Below, piece by piece: positions 18,539 to 28,755 of a stretch of DNA of 64,000 bases (positions within the stretch are counted from its first letter, which is position 1; every line of letters starts with the position of its first letter). The translations under genes were made by a program, and so were the position numbers. Under the pieces are notes generated by a model. It did no database searches and was not told the origin of the DNA. It worked only from the letters and a program-made list of their open reading frames with translations. The DNA comes from a virus. The stretch covers positions 1-64,000 of the IMG/VR virus record IMGVR_UViG_3300019755_000002, one strand, 5' to 3'.

Positions 18539-19985
18539 ACAACCTATAAACAATGGGCTTATTGACTTTGACCAAGTTCAGCTTGATCGTGAAGGACTAA
18601 CACTTAGACCTTACCAAGGTGAACACTTAGGCTTCTTCTTAAATGAACATCGAGCTATTGACCGAAGTGAGGCGGGTACGGGTAAAACACCTAAAATGTG
18701 TCTTTGGTTATACACCTTAACCAAGTCAGGTGATAAAGCAGTTTGGGCTATGCCTAAGTCGTTGTTAGCAAAAAATTATGAAGAACTTTTGTTGTGGAGC
18801 AATTTAACACCAGAACAAATTACGCTAGTGGATGGTACACCCGAACAGCGTAAGAAACAGATTGAGCGAAGGTCAACCAAAGTATTCATCATGGGATTTG
18901 ATGCTTTTGCCAATAATTGGTCTGCAATGAGACAGGTTCATCCTACGTTGGTTCATCTCTGTGTGGACGAATTACATAAAGGCTTTAGTACGCATGGTGA
19001 ACGTAATTGGAAAGACCCAAATAAATTCTTTGGCCCTAAAAGAACGGCGCTCATGTATGAGTTCCTTAAAAAAGGAGGGGGGTTCTTCCCCAATACGGGA
19101 ACGATATTAAATGGGCGATTAAATTCCGCCTATCCAGCCATCACCATGATTGAGCCTAGATACTATGGCTCGCATAACGCTTTTCTTGATTGGCATTCTA
19201 TTCGAGACGATTGGGGTAATCCAGTTATGTGGAAAAACCACGACAGACTTAAAGAAATTTTAGATAGGCACGGTCGTCGTATTACCTTTGAAGAGGCCTA
19301 TGGTGAAGAGAACAAGCAAATCATCACCATTCCTTGTGTGCTGAGTGCTAGTCAACTTAAGCCCTACAAAGAACTTGAAAAAAGAGCGATAACCGAGTTA
19401 GAGAACGGTGACATGCTTGAAGCCGCTAATGAAGCGGGTGTGCTTCGTCGTTGCCTTGAAATTATGCAAGTTCCAGAAAAGTACGGTTTCAAGGAAGGTA
19501 GTGAGGGAAAATTAGCCCAACTAGTAAACATGCTTGAAGATGCCCGTGACGAAAAACAACCCTTACTTATTTTTGAAACCGTTAAAGCAGCACAATATAA
19601 ATGGAAGGACGCGGCTGTAGAGCTTGGGTTAGTGGTCGAAGTAATGAACGGTGACGTTAGCGGTGAGCCTAGAATGTGGCTAGATAAAAACTTTAGAGAC
19701 GGGAAAATCGACGTGCTTATTTGTTCGCCAGATGTTGCGGGTGTTGGTTTTAACTGGGGTCACGTTAATAGGATGATTTTTATGAGTTTGGATTGGCAAG
19801 ACACCACTTTCATACAAAATTATCGTCGTGCTATTCGTGGTAAGCGCGAACTTTGCTTACTTATTTACGTGTTTATGTACCGTTCATCTATTGATGGGCG
19901 TATTGCAGGAAAGGTTAACGCCAAGTCTATAGACCGATTAAAGGTTGAAGAAGGTGTTTCAGTACAAATTAGAATAACAAATTAG
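18516..19985 (+). CDS. SF2 (SNF2-like) helicase
   Basis: AGTGKT, VDELH, TGT, GVGFN, QNYRRAIR motifs. Confidence 0.9.
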   Translation: MKKVLIPKQPINNGLIDFDQVQLDREGLTLRPYQGEHLGFFLNEHRAIDRSEAGTGKTPKMCLWLYTLTKSGDKAVWAMPKSLLAKNYEELLLWSNLTPEQITLVDGTPEQRKKQIERRSTKVFIMGFDAFANNWSAMRQVHPTLVHLCVDELHKGFSTHGERNWKDPNKFFGPKRTALMYEFLKKGGGFFPNTGTILNGRLNSAYPAITMIEPRYYGSHNAFLDWHSIRDDWGNPVMWKNHDRLKEILDRHGRRITFEEAYGEENKQIITIPCVLSASQLKPYKELEKRAITELENGDMLEAANEAGVLRRCLEIMQVPEKYGFKEGSEGKLAQLVNMLEDARDEKQPLLIFETVKAAQYKWKDAAVELGLVVEVMNGDVSGEPRMWLDKNFRDGKIDVLICSPDVAGVGFNWGHVNRMIFMSLDWQDTTFIQNYRRAIRGKRELCLLIYVFMYRSSIDGRIAGKVNAKSIDRLKVEEGVSVQIRITN

Positions 19986-19993
19986 GTTCTATT

Positions 19994-20227
19994 ATGAAAA
20001 AGAGTATTTTAAATAATCCTGAATATGACGAGCAAGTTATGCAACAAATAGCTAGCGAATCCGAAACGTTTAGGTATCTTCTTGAGGGGATGGTTAAAGA
20101 CACCGACAGTGAACTCCCTACTAATGAAGCTTGGCTCGGGACGCTGTCCTTGGGTAAGAAAAAAGCGCATACACAAGTAAAGCTTGTTGTTACCCAAGAA
20201 ACCAAAAATCTTATTGATGAGAATTAA
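19994..20227 (+). CDS. Hypothetical protein
   Basis: 77-aa ORF, AGG RBS. Confidence 0.65.
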   Translation: MKKSILNNPEYDEQVMQQIASESETFRYLLEGMVKDTDSELPTNEAWLGTLSLGKKKAHTQVKLVVTQETKNLIDEN

Positions 20228-20230
20228 ATT

Positions 20231-21334
20231 ATGAGTGAATTTACATATACTTTTGGCGCTATATTAGGCCAGCAAAATGGTCGCCCCTTTTATCAAGCTA
20301 CAGTGCCTTTTAGAACGTTAGCTTCAATGCTGAAACTTGACGAGGATTTTGACGTCAATAAACGCTCTCAGCGCTTGGTTGATACTACCAGAGCCAAAAA
20401 AGTAGCTAAATATTTACATAAGAATATAAATGGCTTTTTTGTAATTCCTCCGCTTGTCGGTTTTATTGAGGGGGATTTTGAATTTGAGTCTGTGCCGATT
20501 GATGGGTTTGGTAACGTTGGTCGAATGAAAGTTGATTTGGATGCTAGATTTATGTTGTTTGATGGCCAGCACAGAGCTTTTGGTATACGGGAGGCAATGG
20601 CGTTAGCCCCTGAACTTGGCCAGCAAAACGTGTCGATTATGTTCTTTGCGGGCATGAGCTTAAGTGAAAGACAACAAGCTTTCCACGACATTAATTTCAC
20701 TCAAAAAACACCCGCCGCAGCACTTTGCATTGCTTACAATAGTCGTAGTGACTTTGACAAGATGGTTACAGACACATTCAGCAAATCCAGTATCAGAGGT
20801 ATTATTGAATATGAAAAGAATACCGCTAGCGGCAAAAGCAATAAAATATATTCACTCAAAACATTAAAAGATTTTGCTACAAACTTTTGCGGTAAAGATA
20901 TTCAAGAAAATACGCAACAACTATTAGCTGAGTATATTAAGGGCTTATTTACAACAGTTAATATACCTGCTCATTTATCTAGAATTGAAGCTGATAGAAG
21001 GGAGTTATTAAGGCACGGTTTTGTTTGCGCTAAGTATTACCGTGAAAACTATATATTACCTCATGCGGTAACACTGAAAGCATTAGGTTTGCTAGGTAGA
21101 GCTTTACTTAGCGAACACCCATACGATTGGCATCAAAAGCTAGAGGCTATTGGTAATATAAGCGTATTCGATAAACATGCTGAGCATTGGCTTGGCCGTT
21201 GCGTTAATGAACGTGAAAAAATGGTTAGTAACCAATTAGCCGTTCGTCTGACTTTTTACAAACTAAAAGAACTCTGCGGTTTAGCGCTAGCACCCGAAGA
21301 AAAAGTAGAAGAAGGTGTTTTCAGTACAAATTAA
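20231..21334 (+). CDS. DGQHR-domain, DndB-like protein
   Basis: SQR, FDGQHR, QQAFHDIN motifs; 367 aa. Confidence 0.85.
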   Translation: MSEFTYTFGAILGQQNGRPFYQATVPFRTLASMLKLDEDFDVNKRSQRLVDTTRAKKVAKYLHKNINGFFVIPPLVGFIEGDFEFESVPIDGFGNVGRMKVDLDARFMLFDGQHRAFGIREAMALAPELGQQNVSIMFFAGMSLSERQQAFHDINFTQKTPAAALCIAYNSRSDFDKMVTDTFSKSSIRGIIEYEKNTASGKSNKIYSLKTLKDFATNFCGKDIQENTQQLLAEYIKGLFTTVNIPAHLSRIEADRRELLRHGFVCAKYYRENYILPHAVTLKALGLLGRALLSEHPYDWHQKLEAIGNISVFDKHAEHWLGRCVNEREKMVSNQLAVRLTFYKLKELCGLALAPEEKVEEGVFSTN

Positions 21335-21383
21335 AATAACGAACTAAAAACCCACGACACCAATTACACAAAGGTAGGAATGA

Positions 21384-21545
21384 ATGATGTCTAAAAAAGA
21401 TAAACCCCTATGCGCTGTTAACGGGTGCTTTAAGTTCGGGAAGTTGATGGGGATATGTAAGTATTCTTCTGTCGGTGAACCAACTCGATGCATGGCTCAC
21501 GACAATAAGAAGTGTGAGCATAAAATTCCAGTTACACAAAGGTAG
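21384..21545 (+). CDS. 53-aa Cys-rich small protein
   Basis: Not in track; lies exactly between two junction repeats; AGGA RBS. Confidence 0.6.
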   Translation: MMSKKDKPLCAVNGCFKFGKLMGICKYSSVGEPTRCMAHDNKKCEHKIPVTQR

Positions 21546-21555
21546 GATTTTAAAG

Positions 21556-21918
21556 ATGTTAGATGCGAATGCGAGATACCTTCCTAAGGGGATTAAATTT
21601 TTTGTACGAGGTCATGTTAGTGAAGACAGTGAGCTTATTGGCTTAGGTGTTAAATCCCACCATTACTATCTGTGCAAAATGATGGATAACTCTAATGCGA
21701 ATCCAAGATTTAGCATAAAAGTTGACGGTAAAGTTCACGTAGTTAAATACAAATGCGATTACTCATTCCTAGTGTACCAAGGCACACCAAACGGCAGAGG
21801 CTTTATTCGTGATAAGGCTAAGAAAGCATGTGAACAGGTTGTTGGTGGTTTTAACAACACCTATTGGGAACGACATACTAAAACAAGAATAGAAACTTGG
21901 AGAAGAAAATGTTCTTAA
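21556..21918 (+). CDS. Hypothetical protein
   Basis: Start moved to the ATG after the junction repeat. Confidence 0.7.
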   Translation: MLDANARYLPKGIKFFVRGHVSEDSELIGLGVKSHHYYLCKMMDNSNANPRFSIKVDGKVHVVKYKCDYSFLVYQGTPNGRGFIRDKAKKACEQVVGGFNNTYWERHTKTRIETWRRKCS

Positions 21919-22115
21919 TTGAAAACGAAAAAGGCTCTTTTATTGATGCAGAAAAAATCGACACAATTAACGTGAATGGCGGGAAAATTACTTTTTCAGT
22001 GGTTGGTGATAGTGAGAACTCGTATTCTGTTTCTAAAGCTTACGAGGAGGTATTCCTTAAACACCTTAAGACATTAAACAACAACAGAGCATGTAACGTT
22101 GTTACATCGAAGTAG
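21909..22115 (+). CDS. Hypothetical protein
   Basis: GGAG RBS; stop codon inside a junction repeat. Confidence 0.65.
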   Translation: MFLIENEKGSFIDAEKIDTINVNGGKITFSVVGDSENSYSVSKAYEEVFLKHLKTLNNNRACNVVTSK

Positions 22116-22123
22116 GAATGAGT

Positions 22124-22648
22124 ATGACAACCCTAAAACAATTAGAACAAACACCCGTTTTAGATGCTTGCTGTGGGTCTCGCATGATGTGGTTTGATAA
22201 GTCGAATCCGTTAGCAACTTTTTGTGATATTCGCCAAGAAACGATAACTGTCACAGATAGAACACATCGACCAGACGGTACTCGTACAATTGAAATCAAA
22301 CCAGACTCAATAAACGACTTTAGGGATATGCCTTTCTCGGAAAACAGCTTTAATCTTGTTGCGTTTGATCCCCCACACTTAGAGCGAGCGGGGAATAAAA
22401 GTTGGTTAGCTGCCAAATATGGCAAGCTAAGTGATAACTGGCGTGAGGATTTGAGCCAAGGTTTCTCCGAGTGTTTTCGAGTATTAAAGCCAGGTGGAAC
22501 TCTGGTTTTTAAATGGAACGAAACACAGATAAAAGTTAGTGAAATAATTAAACTATCACCATTCCCTCCTCTATTTGGTCAAGTATCTGGTCGTAAGGGC
22601 ATGACTCATTGGTTGGTGTTTATGAAACCAGTTGTGGCCACAAACTAA
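22124..22648 (+). CDS. SAM-dependent (probable DNA) methyltransferase
   Basis: VLDACCGSRM, FDPPH, RVLKPGG. Confidence 0.85.
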   Translation: MTTLKQLEQTPVLDACCGSRMMWFDKSNPLATFCDIRQETITVTDRTHRPDGTRTIEIKPDSINDFRDMPFSENSFNLVAFDPPHLERAGNKSWLAAKYGKLSDNWREDLSQGFSECFRVLKPGGTLVFKWNETQIKVSEIIKLSPFPPLFGQVSGRKGMTHWLVFMKPVVATN

Positions 22649-22658
22649 GGAATAAAGA

Positions 22659-22910
22659 ATGCTAGAGGGTACATTACATGCGCGAGAAGACAACAATATG
22701 TCCTTATCTTGTTCTGGCTATATGGCTATTACAGAAGGAAAAATCACCGAAGTCTCTTTTAAAGGTATGGCGCGAACTGGCGGTCGTGACGCTTGGGTTA
22801 CGGCTTTTGAGAACGCTAAGATTGGTGATGAAGTTAGACAGTCTATCATTGATTGGGTTATAAGCTTTAACGGACACAACAACGTGGTCGCAAAATTCAC
22901 ACCACAGTAG
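22659..22910 (+). CDS. Hypothetical protein
   Basis: Bounded by junction repeats. Confidence 0.65.
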   Translation: MLEGTLHAREDNNMSLSCSGYMAITEGKITEVSFKGMARTGGRDAWVTAFENAKIGDEVRQSIIDWVISFNGHNNVVAKFTPQ

Positions 22911-22919
22911 GATTTGAAT

Positions 22920-23099
22920 ATGGTTACAGGAATAAGTTTGGATGATGGGTCTTACGTAGAGATCACACAGATTGCGTATGTAAAACCAGATGTTAGGAAT
23001 TGGTGCAAAGTTGTTTTAAAAAATGGCTTTGAGTTTGAATGTCAGTCTTACGACAGAATAAAGGCGGCACTTGCTGCTTATAAATCTTCACCAAAGTAG
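22920..23099 (+). CDS. Hypothetical protein
   Basis: Bounded by junction repeats. Confidence 0.6.
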   Translation: MVTGISLDDGSYVEITQIAYVKPDVRNWCKVVLKNGFEFECQSYDRIKAALAAYKSSPK

Positions 23100-23139
23100 G
23101 ATTTAAGTAACTTTTCAAAGTAGACGGAGAAAAACAAAA

Positions 23140-23409
23140 ATGATTAAAGCAGAATCTTTTGCCATTGCCATGATCTCAGGCTTGGTAAAACAACTAGAAG
23201 TTAATGAGTCAAGTTCAGAAGTAGATAAAATGAAGTTTGCTTGCGAGCGTATTCATTTTGAATACTTAAACTCACCACCAGAAATACGTTTAGAACTTTT
23301 AAACAACATGAATGTAGAGTTATTAGAAATACAGGCTTGGTGCACGGCGCAAGAAAAGGATATAAGTTTAGCAATAACAACACTTGAAAGCCAAGAGAAA
23401 CAAGACTAA
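23140..23409 (+). CDS. Hypothetical protein
   Basis: GGAG RBS. Confidence 0.65.
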   Translation: MIKAESFAIAMISGLVKQLEVNESSSEVDKMKFACERIHFEYLNSPPEIRLELLNNMNVELLEIQAWCTAQEKDISLAITTLESQEKQD

Positions 23410-23566
23410 ACTAACCAAGGTCAGGATTACAAGTCCTGACCTTGGGTGATAATTTACCCCTAAGCGACAACGTTTAGGGGTGTATTAACACCCTCACAAT
23501 TTGGATTGACGATACTAACCAGATTGAGAGTTAAATCTTAATCAATTAATCGAAAAGGTATACCCC

Positions 23567-24661
23567 ATGGAAAACAACATAGACAACTTAATTTTAAATG
23601 CTCAAAACAATGCTAACCAAGAAACGACACAACAAAGTGGTTTCCAACACCAGCAAGTGCAGCAACAAGGTCAACAGCAGCAACAGCAAGTTCACCCTCA
23701 AACGAATGGCTCAGTTGTTATTGACCAAGCGCCACAAGGCCAGCAAGTTCAAGGCCAACAACAGCAACAAGCACCTAGCGGCTATGTAGGGCAACAACCA
23801 CAAAATGGTTATCAACAACCACAGCAAGGTATGCAACAACCACAAAATGGTTATCAACAACAACCACAACAAGGTACGCAACAACCACAAAATGGTTATC
23901 AACAACAACCACAGCAAGGTATGCAACAACCACAAAATGGTTATCAACAACAACCACAGCAAGGTATGCAACAACCACAAAATGGTTATCAACAACAACC
24001 ACAGCAAGGTATGCAACAATATCAGCAAGCACCTCAGCAACAGGCACAACACCAACTTCCAGCACATCTAGCGCAAATGACACAACCAATGGAAATGACC
24101 ATGGATGCGTTAGATGGAATGGGGATGAGTGTAGACCATTGGCTTAAACCAGACTTTAATGGTATGACGGTCGGTGAAATACCATCCGTAATTCCTTACG
24201 TGGATGTTGAAATTGAAATGACCCAAAACCACGGTTTTGTCCTTGGCATGGGACTACGATTTGGTAAAGACCCCGTTCAGTATGATTTTACACATGACAA
24301 CGTAGTTTCATCAAAAAATGGCATGCCCTGGTCAAGTGTATTGCAAAATGCCGTAATGATTGACGCTGGAGCCTTGCCGTATCGTGCAGCGCAATTATGC
24401 TTCGACATTTTAAGTGATGTTACGGGTCACGATGGTACTTTAGTTGCTAAAGCGGGAGAAAGTTTAGGCTACACCACACCACAATCTAACTGGACGGAAT
24501 GGTCAAACTTCTATAAAGCCTGTGTTAAACATGGTTTGATTGGCACAAAAGTTAAAGCACGTATTACTAACAAGTCGTTAGATAAAAACAAAAACAAGTG
24601 GGGTGTTGCGGTTATCACCCTACTTGATGAAGTTACGACAACACAAGCTACAGCGGCTTAG
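23567..24661 (+). CDS. Gln-rich repeat protein, possibly ssDNA-binding
   Basis: QQPQNGYQQQPQQGM repeats then a beta-rich domain; first gene of the exonuclease/polymerase block; SSB role is positional inference only. Confidence 0.6.
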   Translation: MENNIDNLILNAQNNANQETTQQSGFQHQQVQQQGQQQQQQVHPQTNGSVVIDQAPQGQQVQGQQQQQAPSGYVGQQPQNGYQQPQQGMQQPQNGYQQQPQQGTQQPQNGYQQQPQQGMQQPQNGYQQQPQQGMQQPQNGYQQQPQQGMQQYQQAPQQQAQHQLPAHLAQMTQPMEMTMDALDGMGMSVDHWLKPDFNGMTVGEIPSVIPYVDVEIEMTQNHGFVLGMGLRFGKDPVQYDFTHDNVVSSKNGMPWSSVLQNAVMIDAGALPYRAAQLCFDILSDVTGHDGTLVAKAGESLGYTTPQSNWTEWSNFYKACVKHGLIGTKVKARITNKSLDKNKNKWGVAVITLLDEVTTTQATAA

Positions 24662-24761
24662 AAAACAGCGAAAAAAAAAACTAAAGTAAAAAAGAACTAA
24701 ATTAGGTGGGTAAGTTTACCCACCTACTATTCAACTGAAAACAAAATTAGGATTGACGATC

Positions 24762-25556
24762 ATGCCTTTAAAACTTATTGATGGTAACAACCGCTTTCGT
24801 GCTCGATGGGAAAAGTTAGGCCCAAATGCACTATCCATTCTTTACAACGAATCAATCACCCACATGCCAAACCACACACTTATTTGGGTTTGGGATGGAG
24901 AAAATGGCGCTGGGCCAAGGCGCGAAATCTTCCCGATGTATAAAGGCGGAAGAAAGCCTGGCTCAGACCAATTTCATGAAACAATGGCTTTATTTCAAGA
25001 CCTTCTTCAACATTCTAACTGTCTTCAATTAGCCGTACCTGGTGTTGAGGCCGACGATGTTATTGCTTGTCTTGCTCAAGGGTCAAGTGATGTCATAGAA
25101 ATAGACTCAAATGATGCCGACTTCTTAGCGCTGGTTTCAGAGCGTATAACGGTTAACCGTGAACCTATTGCGGGTGTTATCCCCGACTATGTTCACCTTT
25201 ACAAGACGCTCGTTGGTGACAAATCAGATAACGTCAAAGGACTGCCCTCTTTTGGCGCGGGAACGTGGGGTAAGCTTGAGGATTCAGAACGGATATTACT
25301 GATCAAACACTTTACGGGTGAAAGCCGACTAACGGGTGAAGACTGTTCAGAGCTTTTTGGTTGGGGTAAAGCCCTTTGCTCGAAATGGGAGGATAACTTA
25401 GCCGATTTAGATGTGGCATGGAAAATAACCGATTTTTTCCCTGTCGATAGCCGCCTGATTAGCGAACACTTAAAGGCTGGGGTATTAAATATGGACGCAG
25501 CTAACGCCCTACTAGCACCGTTATTATTTACGATGGATCATGAAAAGGTCGCCTAA
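24762..25556 (+). CDS. 5'-3' exonuclease / flap endonuclease
   Basis: LIDGN, VWD, YKGGR, EADD, D.DF, GDKSDNVKG (H3TH). Confidence 0.92.
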   Translation: MPLKLIDGNNRFRARWEKLGPNALSILYNESITHMPNHTLIWVWDGENGAGPRREIFPMYKGGRKPGSDQFHETMALFQDLLQHSNCLQLAVPGVEADDVIACLAQGSSDVIEIDSNDADFLALVSERITVNREPIAGVIPDYVHLYKTLVGDKSDNVKGLPSFGAGTWGKLEDSERILLIKHFTGESRLTGEDCSELFGWGKALCSKWEDNLADLDVAWKITDFFPVDSRLISEHLKAGVLNMDAANALLAPLLFTMDHEKVA

Positions 25557-28389
25557 TATGTTAGAACTTTTTAACGAACAAACGGGTATTACCGAAGTCC
25601 TAGTTGATGCCCGTAACTTTAACAACATAATTCCACAATTAATCACGCAAATTCAACAATCGACATCACCTTATGTCGGGTTTGATATTGAAACAGAAGA
25701 TAGTGGTCGTCATGCGGGACTTAACAAGTTCATGGCAATGAAGAAAGGCGACCAAAAGTATAAGAAAGCCAAAAAGCTCGTCTTTGATTTAAATAGAACA
25801 GTAATTACGGGGTTTTCTATTTACTTAGACAACGACAGCCGAGATTACTACTTTAACATGGCTCATGCCGACGTTGAGAACCGATTAGAATGGCAAACGG
25901 TGTTACCTTTACTTGGAACCATTAAAGCGACAAAAACGTGGGTGATACATAATGCCGCGTTTGAACTTGCTCAGTGCAATGGAACGTGGAAATTTGACCT
26001 AGGCCACAACTACATTTGTACCATGCAACTCTGTGTTAGTGCCTACAACTCAGACGAGTATGACATTCAGAAGTTTCACGAAGCGGGTCTTGGTGGTATT
26101 GCTAAGTTAATCCCCGAAATTACGAAAACTTTTGCGGGTTATGAGCCTAGACAACGTATGACAACACAACAAAACGAGTTGTTACAACGTTGTGTGCCAA
26201 AGCAATCAGCACCAGAGCATAGTTATAACGGCTGGGTAAGAGAGCTTAGCTATGGCTATGGTCTGAAAAAAGCCGTTAAATCTTGGTTTGGGTATGAACA
26301 GCAAGAATTTGAAACGGTTCTTCAAGGACGTGCTCACATGGGCTTGTTGACGGGTGAAGAAGTTTTACACTACGGCGCTGACGATGCCTACTGGTGTTTG
26401 AAGCTTATGCACCGTGTTATTGCTTTTATGCAAGAGACTAACCCGCAAGTTATCAACACGTTTTTTGAACAAGAAAACCCAATGCCACGCATATGGGCAG
26501 ATAATTGGTTACGCGGAATACGTCTTAACTATGAGCAATTAGAGTATCGTAGAACCGAGGCAAGAAACAACTTTGCCAACATCCTACGTGACTTTATTAA
26601 AGCTTTACAGCAAATAGCTTTCGCGGATAAACCCGCAGAACGTTTAGTCCAAAAGCAAATGAAATGGTACATAGGTAAAGATGAAGACCAACCAAAGTAC
26701 TTAGAATACCGTGAACGCTATCAAGCTATTGCCTCAGTAGATGCCGATAGCCTAAGCGACTATGACGTTTGCCAGTTGGTTTCAGGTTCCGTTCCAGAAA
26801 ACTGGGCAACGGAACGAGGTGAAAAGGTAAACAAGAACAAAGGCAACATTACCCATTACATGATGGCTCGAGTACTGTTCCATGATTTGTTAGATTTACC
26901 GCTTATCTACGTAAAAGGTGCTATTCAATCGGGAGGTGATGCCCGAGGTAAGCTTAAAGAAAAAATAGAGTTATTAAGTACTGAGCCTAAAGAGTGGCTA
27001 AAAGAATGGGGGCGATACAAATGTCATACCGAACTTAGTGACCAAGAGCGTCAAGCATTGGCTGAGAAGAAGGTAGCGGAATACCCACGACAAGCGGCGG
27101 AAACGATTTTAAATTGTTTAGGTAAGATGGCTACCGTTGAACAGGTAATGAAGCTTTACCTTAATTCTTATTTAATGTTAGTAGACCCTGAAACTAAGCG
27201 TATTTATCCCACAATTAGTTCTAGGTTAAATACCCGCCGTATGGGGTGTGAAAACCCTAACGGTATGCAACTAAGTAAACGCGGGGAAACAACTTATGTT
27301 AGGGGTTTCTTTTTACCCGAACGTGATGATCACCTAATTGTTTCAGTGGATTGGTCTCAGGTAGAACTGGTCCTAATTGGTGAAGACTCTAAAGACCCAA
27401 CCTTTGGTAAAGCTTACGGTCAAATACCTTATGATGATTTACATTTAGATGCCGCAGCGTCAGCAGTACGAGTGTTTCATCCTGACTTTACCAACTTACA
27501 TCTAAAAGAGTTACCTAAAATGGTAGAAGCGGATATCACTTCGTTCAGCATTGAGTTTCCACAGGTGTTAATGAATCCAGTAAAAAAAGAAACAATGACA
27601 CCTAAAGCGGCACATAAATTTTGGCGCGGTACTGCAGGTAAGGTTTCAAACTTTGGTTATTGGTATTCAGGGTCGTTGATGACGGTGCAACCTGGTCTAG
27701 GTTGGACGGATAAGCAAATGTGGGACGCTACGGATAATTATCGTAAACAATTTCCCGTTGCTGAAGCATGGAGAATACGAACCCAAAACGAAGCCAAGAT
27801 GTATGGGTGTGTTTACATTCTTGATGGTCATCGTAGAACACGTTACGAGTCAACCCAATACTGGTATAACGCTATGGTAGCCAAGTTTGCCAGCTATGGT
27901 AATGCGGCAGTTACGGCCTTTGGTCAAAGAGTTTGTTCCACCATTCAACGTAGAGCAGCAAATCAAGCCGTTAATGCCAAAATCCAAGGTGGTTGTGCCA
28001 CATTAGCTAAGCGTTCAATTCTACGCTTAGTACGTTGTATCAAATCCGAAGGTTGGGATGCCGTGTTTTACATGCCCATACACGATGAATTAGTTTTCTC
28101 GGTTCGTTGGGATCAAGCCATAGCATTTAGCAAGCGCGTTAAAGAAATTATGTGTCATCATCCTGATTTGGTTCAATGGCTGAAACTTGATGGCACTGTT
28201 TCCGTGGGTAAAACGCTAGAGCCTTATGACAAGGACAAAGCACCCCTAGGTCAAATTGAACTTGACGAAGCACCACTATTACCCGAGTACTTGCCAAAAG
28301 ATACCGAAGGCAAAGCCCTAGACGATAATCAGCGCATGAACGTGGTTAATTATCTTATGGGGTTAACACCTATGACGGACGCGGCCTAA
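25540..28389 (+). CDS. Family A DNA polymerase with 3'-5' exonuclease (start possibly 25558)
   Basis: FDIE, HNAAFE, YGADD; motif A DWSQVEL, motif B KVSNFGYWY, motif C IHDEL. Confidence 0.95.
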   Translation: MKRSPNMLELFNEQTGITEVLVDARNFNNIIPQLITQIQQSTSPYVGFDIETEDSGRHAGLNKFMAMKKGDQKYKKAKKLVFDLNRTVITGFSIYLDNDSRDYYFNMAHADVENRLEWQTVLPLLGTIKATKTWVIHNAAFELAQCNGTWKFDLGHNYICTMQLCVSAYNSDEYDIQKFHEAGLGGIAKLIPEITKTFAGYEPRQRMTTQQNELLQRCVPKQSAPEHSYNGWVRELSYGYGLKKAVKSWFGYEQQEFETVLQGRAHMGLLTGEEVLHYGADDAYWCLKLMHRVIAFMQETNPQVINTFFEQENPMPRIWADNWLRGIRLNYEQLEYRRTEARNNFANILRDFIKALQQIAFADKPAERLVQKQMKWYIGKDEDQPKYLEYRERYQAIASVDADSLSDYDVCQLVSGSVPENWATERGEKVNKNKGNITHYMMARVLFHDLLDLPLIYVKGAIQSGGDARGKLKEKIELLSTEPKEWLKEWGRYKCHTELSDQERQALAEKKVAEYPRQAAETILNCLGKMATVEQVMKLYLNSYLMLVDPETKRIYPTISSRLNTRRMGCENPNGMQLSKRGETTYVRGFFLPERDDHLIVSVDWSQVELVLIGEDSKDPTFGKAYGQIPYDDLHLDAAASAVRVFHPDFTNLHLKELPKMVEADITSFSIEFPQVLMNPVKKETMTPKAAHKFWRGTAGKVSNFGYWYSGSLMTVQPGLGWTDKQMWDATDNYRKQFPVAEAWRIRTQNEAKMYGCVYILDGHRRTRYESTQYWYNAMVAKFASYGNAAVTAFGQRVCSTIQRRAANQAVNAKIQGGCATLAKRSILRLVRCIKSEGWDAVFYMPIHDELVFSVRWDQAIAFSKRVKEIMCHHPDLVQWLKLDGTVSVGKTLEPYDKDKAPLGQIELDEAPLLPEYLPKDTEGKALDDNQRMNVVNYLMGLTPMTDAA

Positions 28390-28721
28390 TGGTATACACC
28401 CTACGACAGCCCTCAAAGAAAAACTTAAGAAGCAACGTCTACAAGGAGTTACGTCGAGTTTACCAAGTTCCTGCTTATACGGGTGCAAAAGTCCGCTACT
28501 TAGGAAGACCTGCCACCATTATCGCTGCGGCTGCAGAAAACTATCTTATTTTAAGGTTGGAAGATAGACAGGACAAAACGGAAATAAGAGCGGGAGTTCG
28601 TCAAGTAGAATTTCTTGAACCAATGAACAAGAAAAAACGACCACGAACTAAGCTACAACAGAAATTAGAATCTCAACCTAATAAGGCTAAAAATGACGCC
28701 TTTGAAGATGGTTGGTGGTAG
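28389..28721 (+). CDS. Hypothetical basic protein
   Basis: Coupled to the polymerase stop codon. Confidence 0.7.
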   Translation: MVYTLRQPSKKNLRSNVYKELRRVYQVPAYTGAKVRYLGRPATIIAAAAENYLILRLEDRQDKTEIRAGVRQVEFLEPMNKKKRPRTKLQQKLESQPNKAKNDAFEDGWW

Positions 28722-28755
28722 ATAAACAATACGAACTTAAACAGAGAGAAACGAA

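Larger units (their letters stand above)
19941..21340 (+). repeat. About 38-bp imperfect direct repeats at 19941-19978 and 21302-21340
   Basis: AAGGTTGAAGAAGGTGTTT-CAGTACAAATTAGAATAAC versus AAAGTAGAAGAAGGTGTTTTCAGTACAAATTAAAATAAC. Confidence 0.85.
21363..23110 (+). repeat. Six intergenic junction repeats, consensus ACACNAAAGTAGGA(A/T)T
   Basis: Copies near 21363, 21531, 22101, 22635, 22896, 23085. Confidence 0.7.
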
